In this document: one piece after another, positions 24,737 through 31,142 of the stretch
Numbering within the stretch: the first letter of the stretch is position 1
How the letters are laid out: every line of letters begins with the position of its first letter
Source of the DNA: Corynebacterium amycolatum
GTDB taxonomy: Bacteria > Actinomycetota > Actinomycetes > Mycobacteriales > Mycobacteriaceae
Strand: one strand, 5' to 3'
Length of the DNA stretch: 32,000 bases
Assembly: GCF_049243625.1 (NCBI RefSeq)
Contig: NZ_CP046975.1
The notes under the pieces: generated by a model
Told to the model about the DNA's origin: nothing
Database searches by the model: none
The model's input: only the letters and a program-made list of their open reading frames with translations
Program-made: the position numbers and the translations under genes

Positions 24737-25375
24737 TTGGGTAACGATAAGACGTCTGACGCAGCCACCGGCGCCGATACTGGAACCCCGTTGGTGACGG
24801 TTCTTGGCATCGGCAACCCCGTCATGGGCGACGACGGCATTGGTCTCGAACTGCTGAGGCGCCTCGCCCCGGAACTGGAATCTGCAGGCATGAGGCAGAC
24901 AACTCAGGCCGGAGATTCTGCGCATTTGGTCTGGTCGCCCTCTAATCTCGATGATCCTGCGAACATCGCCGGGCGGGGGGACGAATGGACGGGTGCGGTT
25001 GCCTACATCGATGGCGGCACCTGCGGTATGGAGTTGCTGCCCATCGTGCAGGAGGCCAAGAACTTATTGTTGCTCGATGCTCTCGCTGGTCCGGGGGATC
25101 CCGGTACCGTCGTTAAGCTCGTCGGTGACCAGATTCCTCGACTATTGGCGGCAAAGCTGTCCGCGCACCAGGTCGGCTTGTTGGATTTGCTCACCGCGGC
25201 GCGCCTGTTGGGGCAGGAGCCTGCGCGCGTCGGTGTGGTGGGAGTGGTCTACGAGTCGGCTGACATGGTGGTGGGGCTCAGTGACACGGCACTTGTCGGC
25301 ATTGAGGAAGCGACTGAGGTTGCGCGCGAGCTCATCGACAGCTGGCTTGCCGACGAGCACGACAGCGGCGTCTAA
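24737..25375 (+). CDS. hupD: Hydrogenase maturation endopeptidase (HyaD/HupD/HybD family)
   Basis: …VTVLGIGNPVMGDDGIGLELL…YIDGGTCGMELL…LLLDAL…LSAHQVGLLDLL matches the protease family. No in-frame ATG is available. Candidate starts are TTG 24737 (AGGAGA 3 nt upstream), TTG 24791 and GTG 24794. Confidence 0.75.
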   Translation: MGNDKTSDAATGADTGTPLVTVLGIGNPVMGDDGIGLELLRRLAPELESAGMRQTTQAGDSAHLVWSPSNLDDPANIAGRGDEWTGAVAYIDGGTCGMELLPIVQEAKNLLLLDALAGPGDPGTVVKLVGDQIPRLLAAKLSAHQVGLLDLLTAARLLGQEPARVGVVGVVYESADMVVGLSDTALVGIEEATEVARELIDSWLADEHDSGV

Positions 25376-25722
25376 CTCTCGCCCTCAGCGTTGACCTCAA
25401 TACTGGAGATTTCAAACTCGCGACCGTGCCGTAGATCCGCAGTTGGAGTGCCGCAGACGGGGCAGGTTAGAGCATAGAATTCATCGATTTCATGCTCGGC
25501 CTCGCAGGTGGGACAGTAGACCGTCGACACAATGAGCTCGGCGTCTAACTCGGCGCCCTCACACTGCGTCGCGGCACTGGCCACGGGCCACGCGGCGATG
25601 AGGGAATCGTAGACGACTCCGGAGCGGTCGCCCACACGCATTGACACCTTTGTCACGGTGCGTCCCGGGCAGACCTCGGCAATCTTTTCCACCACGCTGG
25701 TCAACAATCCAAGCTCATGCAC
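25372..25722 (-). CDS. hypA: Hydrogenase nickel-insertion protein HypA (copy 2)
   Basis: GTG 25722 gives M-H-E-LGLLTSVVEKI… with canonical zinc motifs YCPTCE…TCPVCG. An alternative ATG at 25731 would bury the MHE motif. Confidence 0.75.
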   Translation of the reverse strand: MHELGLLTSVVEKIAEVCPGRTVTKVSMRVGDRSGVVYDSLIAAWPVASAATQCEGAELDAELIVSTVYCPTCEAEHEIDEFYALTCPVCGTPTADLRHGREFEISSIEVNAEGES

Positions 25723-25771
25723 AGATACCATTATGGCGAAGCACTCAGCGCAAAGGAGGCGCAGGCGGACC

Positions 25772-27127
25772 ATGTCATCCAAATCCGTTCCGGTTACCCA
25801 GCACATCCAGCTCGATGAGCTTGTTGACCCATTCGAGGCACGACTGGATGTCTATCGCGATGACAACGGCGCCATCACACAGGTGGCCTTCGACCTTTCA
25901 GGGCTACCGCGTATCGACGGGATGCTCGTGGGCAAGCAGGCGCTGGCTGTACCAGATATCACCAAGAGGCTGTGTGGCCTGTGCCCGGTTGTGCATCATC
26001 TTGCAGGCGTGCGGGCGGTAGAGGACCTCTACGGGATCTCCGACATTCCTCGAACCGCACAGTTGATTCGAGAGCTGCTGGCGGCCGGGTCGACCTTGGA
26101 TAATCTAGCGACCAAATTTGTGGCCGTCGACCGCGAGGGGGCGCGGGCAATGAAGCGTGCCGGAAAAGCTCTGATGCGTGCAGCGGGGGCACCGTCGCAC
26201 TTCCCGGATGTCGCCGTCCCCGGCGGTGTGCGCGCGACAGTGGATAAGACGCTGGTTTCTGAGGCAGAAACTGCTCTGGAGGTACTGGCTGAGACGGCGG
26301 TAATCAAGGAAGTGGAGCTTCTTCCCACTCCCGATGCTCCTGATGCTTGGACAGATACTTTTGACGGCCTCGATGTGGCAGTTGTCGATGCCGACGGTGA
26401 GCTTGCGCCGCTGGGAAATTACCTGGCAGTCGCGCGGCATGACACCGATACCGCGGCGGAGATTTTCCCGGCTGCTGATTGGCCCACACGTGTTCGTGAA
26501 TCCCGTCCGGGCGATGCCGCTCCCAGACCGGTGTTTGATGCCTCGAAGCAGCTGGGCAAACATGGCTGTGAAGGTCATCGGGCCGATTTCTACCGGGTGG
26601 GGCCGGTCTCCAGGCAGGTTGTCGTCGATAAGCGTGGGGTGAGCCCACGCGACGCCCAACGCCAGCTTCTCGCCGACACCGCGGCTTGGGCGAGGCGGGT
26701 GCTTGCCGACGGGGAACTGCTCGGCGAGCATGTGTGCGATCCGAATGCCGCGACAGCGATTGAGAGCGCTGACTTTGAAGGGCATCGCAGTGGTGTCGGG
26801 ATTATTGACGGTCCGCGTGGGCTGTTAGTACATCGCTATACGGCAGGGGCTGACGGCATCATCACGGATTGTCAGATTATGACGCCAACTGCGCAGAATG
26901 AACTCTGGCTGACGCGTATGCTCACCGCGCAGATGTGCGGTGGCGGGGAGACTGCGGGGGTCGAGAAGTCCATCTGGGCCGCTGATCCGTGCTTACCGTG
27001 TAGCTCGGCACCTGCGGGAGTGATGACATTCAAGATGCAGGAACATGCCGGTGCACCTGCGGACAATATGACAACGGATAGCCGTAGTTCGGCGGATGCC
27101 CCGACCGTAGTGGAGAGGACGAAGTAA
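25772..27127 (+). CDS. [NiFe]-hydrogenase large-subunit-like protein without a partner small subunit (HupK/HoxV-type scaffold candidate)
   Basis: Its two ends are collinear with hupL. KRLCGLCPVVHHLAGVRAVEDLYG matches GRICGVCTGTHSVASIAAVEDAIG. GVGIIDGPRGLLVHRY…ADPCLPCSSA matches GVGFLEVARGMLSHWV…FDPCMACAVH. It lacks the RIEGH motif. ATG 25772 has AAGGAGG 12 nt upstream; the alternative start is ATG 25733. Confidence 0.7.
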   Translation: MSSKSVPVTQHIQLDELVDPFEARLDVYRDDNGAITQVAFDLSGLPRIDGMLVGKQALAVPDITKRLCGLCPVVHHLAGVRAVEDLYGISDIPRTAQLIRELLAAGSTLDNLATKFVAVDREGARAMKRAGKALMRAAGAPSHFPDVAVPGGVRATVDKTLVSEAETALEVLAETAVIKEVELLPTPDAPDAWTDTFDGLDVAVVDADGELAPLGNYLAVARHDTDTAAEIFPAADWPTRVRESRPGDAAPRPVFDASKQLGKHGCEGHRADFYRVGPVSRQVVVDKRGVSPRDAQRQLLADTAAWARRVLADGELLGEHVCDPNAATAIESADFEGHRSGVGIIDGPRGLLVHRYTAGADGIITDCQIMTPTAQNELWLTRMLTAQMCGGGETAGVEKSIWAADPCLPCSSAPAGVMTFKMQEHAGAPADNMTTDSRSSADAPTVVERTK

Positions 27128-27131
27128 CACG

Positions 27132-27392
27132 ATGTGTCTTGGAATTCCTGCCAAGGTTTTGGCAATCGCCGATGGTCCACTGCCGATGGCGATGGTGGAT
27201 ATGGCGGGGCAGAAGCGGCAATGCTCGGCAATGTACGTGCCTGAGCTGGTGGTAGGTGATTGGGTGTTCGTCCAGAACGGGTTCATCATGAACGTGCTGG
27301 ACGAACAGGAGGCCAAGGACTCCTTAGCCGCAATTGAGGAATATAACCTCATCGAACATGTCGCTGAGGTCTCCCCGAAGAGACGGACCTAG
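27132..27392 (+). CDS. hypC: HypC/HupF/HoxL-family chaperone (copy 2)
   Basis: 86 aa with MCLGIPAKVLAI… (Cys2) and DWVFVQNGF. It starts 4 nt after the large-subunit-like gene. Confidence 0.8.
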   Translation: MCLGIPAKVLAIADGPLPMAMVDMAGQKRQCSAMYVPELVVGDWVFVQNGFIMNVLDEQEAKDSLAAIEEYNLIEHVAEVSPKRRT

Positions 27393-29044
27393 TTCACGCA
27401 GGTCACGCCAGCGGCGTCGATAGCGGGGCGATCTTCCTGCGGAATTTCGCCGCCCTCTTGGCCGATGATGTCGCCATTGGAACCATCTTCGACGTCAGGT
27501 GCGGGTTCGGCACTCTCGCCCGAATCAGTGTCCATTCCCTCTGATGTCAATCCTGGGCCGTCGTAGTCACCGGCAATCGTCACTGAGATGTGGTGCGGAT
27601 CGAGGTATGGATCGTGGACAATCGGTACGCCACCGAGTGCTTCAGAAATGGCCTGAGCTGCCGGATCCTCTGGGTCAGCCGCATTGATCTGGCTGGAGGC
27701 AACGCCGGCGAACTCAGCGTTGCCGACCTCTCCCTGGGTGTAGCCCTTTTCCGTTAAGAAACCTGAGACGCCGCTGGCCAAACCTTCAATGCCTGTGGCG
27801 TTGTAAACGCTGACTGTAGTTTCAGCCGCGTTGGGGTCAGCCTTCTTATCGTCTTCTTCCTTCGTCGGAGCTTCTTCTTCCTTGGTGCCCAGCAGGGTCT
27901 CGAAGTACTGGTGGACTTGGCCCTTATCGATTGTGACCACCGACTCGCCATAGTCGCCGACACCGTCAATCGAGGTCACCGGGATCGTTTCAAACTTCAC
28001 GTTGCCACCACTGAGGCCCTGCATCTGGGTAGCAAATCCGGTGACATCCCAGTTGTCGTCGAGCACCACCGAGCGCTGGACAGCGTTGCCCAGTTCAGAC
28101 AGCTTCGCGGGATTGGACAGTGTGCCAGCGCCGAGCAGCTTATTGGTGAACGAGGCCATGAAGACCTGCTGGCGAGTAATTCGGTCGAGGTCACCGCGGG
28201 GCAGACCGTGGCGCTGGCGGACGAATGAGAGCGCGTCGGCACCCATCAACGTCTGTGAGCCCGCCGGGAAGTCCGCACCAGAGAACTCGTCGTAAACAGC
28301 CTCATTCAGACATACATCGACACCACCGATGGCATCGGTGAGCAGGACAAAGCCGAGCAGGCCAACTTCTGCGTAGTGGTCAACGGTGATACCGCTGAGG
28401 TCGCTAATGGTTTCAATCAGAGCTCTACGTCCGGCCTCAGTCGAGCGACGCTCAATCTCATCCGGCGAAGCCCCGCTTCCTGCGAGTTCCTCTTCCACCA
28501 TCTGCTTTGTATTGCCGTAGACACCATTAATCTTTGTGTTGCCTAGGCGATTGGTGTGGACATAGGTATCGCGCGGAATGGAAATCGCCGTCGCGGAAGA
28601 GCCATCGGCAGGAACACGAATCACAATAATCGTGTCTGTATTCGTGGCTTCTTCGTCGCCGGCACGCAGAAGCTCAATTTCTTCCGGAGTCAGCGGGTTG
28701 CCCTGGGCATCGGTGCGGGAGTCTGAGCCGACGAGCAGAATATCGGTTGCACCGTCCTTCTCACTGCCCAGGCCGAAGTCGCCACCCGAACCCAAGTTGT
28801 CGGTGGTCCTACCGAGTGTCCACCAGCCAACTGCGGAAATAACCAGGATAATGGCCGAGAGCAGTACAAGCGCATTGCGCAGCATCGGCGGCCAAGCTTG
28901 GGCGGTACTCTCTGCAGAGGACGGTGGCGCTTGAATATCGCGTGCGTGACGCGCGCGTGGCGTGTGGCTGCTCAAACCGGGGCTCCTCTTAAACCGTTTT
29001 CGAAAATATAATTTGTGCTGCATGTCTGCGTGGGCATTCCACAC
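27389..29044 (-). CDS. LytR-CpsA-Psr (LCP) family cell-wall glycopolymer transferase with a LytR_C-type C-terminal domain
   Basis: It has a basic N-terminus and a single TM helix (ALVLLSAIILVISAVGWW). The LCP core shows DILLVGSDSRTD, DTIIVIRV and SIPRDTYV. The start is uncertain: GTG 29044 or ATG 29023. Its position is equivalent to Rv3267. Confidence 0.85.
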   Translation of the reverse strand: MWNAHADMQHKLYFRKRFKRSPGLSSHTPRARHARDIQAPPSSAESTAQAWPPMLRNALVLLSAIILVISAVGWWTLGRTTDNLGSGGDFGLGSEKDGATDILLVGSDSRTDAQGNPLTPEEIELLRAGDEEATNTDTIIVIRVPADGSSATAISIPRDTYVHTNRLGNTKINGVYGNTKQMVEEELAGSGASPDEIERRSTEAGRRALIETISDLSGITVDHYAEVGLLGFVLLTDAIGGVDVCLNEAVYDEFSGADFPAGSQTLMGADALSFVRQRHGLPRGDLDRITRQQVFMASFTNKLLGAGTLSNPAKLSELGNAVQRSVVLDDNWDVTGFATQMQGLSGGNVKFETIPVTSIDGVGDYGESVVTIDKGQVHQYFETLLGTKEEEAPTKEEDDKKADPNAAETTVSVYNATGIEGLASGVSGFLTEKGYTQGEVGNAEFAGVASSQINAADPEDPAAQAISEALGGVPIVHDPYLDPHHISVTIAGDYDGPGLTSEGMDTDSGESAEPAPDVEDGSNGDIIGQEGGEIPQEDRPAIDAAGVTCVN

Positions 29045-29104
29045 ATCGTGGAGGGCAGTAAGCAGCTGCGGAAACTACATAAACCTTAGCCGTCCAACCG
29101 TGTG

Positions 29105-29169
29105 CGGTTGCACCTCAACACAGTGTCAATCCGTATCCGGTTACACCTCAACACAGTGTCAATCGTATC
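29105..29169. repeat. Tandem direct duplication (33 nt + 32 nt) in the LCP/rmlD divergent intergenic region
   Basis: Unit 1 is cggttgcacctcaacacagtgtcaatccgtatc (29105-29137). Unit 2 is cggttacacctcaacacagtgtcaatcgtatc (29138-29169). They differ by one substitution and one 1-nt indel. Confidence 0.9.
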
Positions 29170-29191
29170 TACGATAGTGATAAAGAAGAAT

Positions 29192-30166
29192 ATGTCTGAA
29201 ATATCAGTCTCGCATTTCGCCACTCATGGACCAACCCACAGCAACTCGCGGCGTCCCATTATTGCCATAACTGGTGCGGCTGGACAGCTGGGTACTGCGC
29301 TTCAGCGTGATTCTTTCGCCGCCGATGTTGAGGTGCGCCCTCTCACTCGGGCACAGTTGGATATCACTGATTCGGATGCTGTGGAGACATCGCCTCTGCT
29401 TGACGACGTCGACATCATCATTAACGCGGCAGCGGCGACCGATGTCGATGGTGCAGAATCCGATCCCGGTTCGGCACATCTAATCAATGCACTCGGACCG
29501 AAGTACTTGGCGGCTCGGGCGAAAAAGGAAGACGCGTATCTCATTCATATCTCCACCGACTATGTCTTCGGTGATGTAGCAATCGATGAGATGACGGGGC
29601 AGCGCCGAGCGCTGCGAGTTGATGATTTCACCGCGCCTCAGACTATGTACGGACGTACCAAGTTAGTGGGGGAGAACAATGTGCGTGATTCGGGCGCGCG
29701 TTCCGCTATTTTGCGTACGGCGTGGGTCTGGTCGGGGCCCACACAGCCAGAGGCCAAGGACTTCGTCTCCACGATGATGCGTCTGGCGGAGACGGCGACT
29801 GATGACAAGGGCAATCCGGCAATTATTAAGGTCGTTGACGATCAGCACGGCAACCCCACCTTTGTTGGTGACCTCGCCGGAGCTATCTGGGAGTTGTCCG
29901 ATCGCGTGTTGTCCAAACCGAGCAGCGCACCGACCGGCACCTTCCATGTCACGGGCAGCGGTGAGTCAACATGGTTCGAGGTGGCTCGCGAAGTGTTTCG
30001 GCTCACCGGTCACGATCCACAGCGTGTGGTGGCGTGTACCAGCAGTGAGTTCCCTCGTCCGGCCGTGCGTCCGGCCTGGTCCGTGTTGGATGGTTCCGCA
30101 TGGAGTGAGGTAGGTCTACATTCGCTTCCGGAGTGGCAGGACACTTTGCGTGCAGTCCTGACCTAG
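29192..30166 (+). CDS. rmlD: dTDP-4-dehydrorhamnose reductase
   Basis: From ATG 29192: …PIIAITGAAGQLGTAL (NAD(P) binding) and the YGRTKLVGE catalytic YxxxK. The ORF-track GTG at 29102 reads through the tandem repeat and is not credible. Confidence 0.85.
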   Translation: MSEISVSHFATHGPTHSNSRRPIIAITGAAGQLGTALQRDSFAADVEVRPLTRAQLDITDSDAVETSPLLDDVDIIINAAAATDVDGAESDPGSAHLINALGPKYLAARAKKEDAYLIHISTDYVFGDVAIDEMTGQRRALRVDDFTAPQTMYGRTKLVGENNVRDSGARSAILRTAWVWSGPTQPEAKDFVSTMMRLAETATDDKGNPAIIKVVDDQHGNPTFVGDLAGAIWELSDRVLSKPSSAPTGTFHVTGSGESTWFEVAREVFRLTGHDPQRVVACTSSEFPRPAVRPAWSVLDGSAWSEVGLHSLPEWQDTLRAVLT

Positions 30167-30177
30167 GGTCTAGGTTT

Positions 30178-31101
30178 GTGAATGCAACCTCGAATTCCCC
30201 GCAATCCTCACAGCTTCCGCTCGGTGTGGTCACCGTGACCTTTTCGCCCGGTGAGCACCTGAGCAAGCTGGTGGATTCGCTGGGCCCCGCCGCCAGTGCC
30301 TCCACGCGTCTGATCATGGCCGACAACGGCTCGACGGATGGTTCCGTGGAGAAGGAAGAAGCTCGGGCCAAGGAGACCGGAGCGGATGTTCAGCTTCTGC
30401 GCACCGGCGGCAACATTGGCTATGGCGCGGCCGCCAACCGTGGCATTGCGGAGCTGGGACGGGCTCGCCGTGCCGGTGAGATTAATCCTGATTACGTCAT
30501 GCTGGTCAACCCTGACGTGGTGTTTGCCCCTGGCGCAATCGATGTTCTGTTGGAATGCGCGCAGCGCAATCCCAAAGCCGGAGCTATTGGTCCGCTGATT
30601 CGCGAGGCGGATGGCAGCGTGTACCCGTCGGCACGCGCGGTTCCTGAGCTTGTCAGTGGTATCGGACACGCGCTGCTCGCCGATATCTGGCCTACTAACC
30701 CTTTCTCACGGCGCTACCGGGATGACGCGGATATGGATCGCGAGCGACCGGCCGGCTGGTTGTCGGGCGCATGCCTGCTGCTGCGATGGGATGCGTTCGA
30801 CCAGATTGATGGCTTTGATACCCGCTACTTCATGTACATGGAGGACGTGGATTTGGGCGACCGACTGGGCAAGGCTGGTTGGAGGAATATTTTCTGTCCT
30901 CGTGCAGAGATTCGTCACGCGCAGGGGCATTCTGCCAGTAAGCACCCAGAAATTACCGTAAAGGCCCATCACGAGTCGGCCTACCGCTTTATGTCAGATC
31001 GCCTGCCGGGGCCGGCGTTGGCACCTGTGCGACTGGCATTGCGTTTGGGGCTGTTCCTGCGTGGCAAAGTCATAATCGCGGTCAAAAAGCGTAGGAATTA
31101 A
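30178..31101 (+). CDS. wbbL: GT2-family rhamnosyltransferase (WbbL-like, arabinogalactan linker synthesis)
   Basis: VVTVTFSPG…ADNGSTDGS…NIGYGAAANRG…YMEDVDLGDR are GT2/WbbL signatures. The start is either GTG 30178 or GTG 30133, which overlaps the rmlD end. Confidence 0.8.
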   Translation: MNATSNSPQSSQLPLGVVTVTFSPGEHLSKLVDSLGPAASASTRLIMADNGSTDGSVEKEEARAKETGADVQLLRTGGNIGYGAAANRGIAELGRARRAGEINPDYVMLVNPDVVFAPGAIDVLLECAQRNPKAGAIGPLIREADGSVYPSARAVPELVSGIGHALLADIWPTNPFSRRYRDDADMDRERPAGWLSGACLLLRWDAFDQIDGFDTRYFMYMEDVDLGDRLGKAGWRNIFCPRAEIRHAQGHSASKHPEITVKAHHESAYRFMSDRLPGPALAPVRLALRLGLFLRGKVIIAVKKRRN

Positions 31102-31142
31102 TTGACTGTTGGAATGATCCATCGAAGAAAGTTACCGATTTC

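Noticed and set aside
25733-25771. Arg-rich stretch (SAQRRRRRT) at the alternative N-terminus of the large-subunit paralogue as a Tat signal.
   Set aside because: No hydrophobic h-region or AxA cleavage site follows it. The stretch probably lies in the 5' leader that contains the AAGGAGG RBS for ATG 25772.
13825-27392. Hydrogenase island as a mobile genomic island or integrative element.
   Set aside because: I could not find an integrase, transposase, tRNA target, direct repeats or inverted repeats at either border. Both borders are stop-to-stop junctions with core genes. An accessory origin remains possible but is not supported by mobility signatures.
29105-29169. Possible CRISPR or mini-array because of the direct repeats.
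   Set aside because: There are only two directly adjacent units with no spacer, no cas genes, and a repeat length and architecture unlike CRISPR.
29102-29191. GTG-initiated extension of rmlD that translates the tandem repeat into a duplicated RLHLNTVSI peptide.
   Set aside because: The reading frame is open only by chance through a non-coding duplication. There is no RBS. The canonical Rossmann N-terminus begins shortly after ATG 29192.
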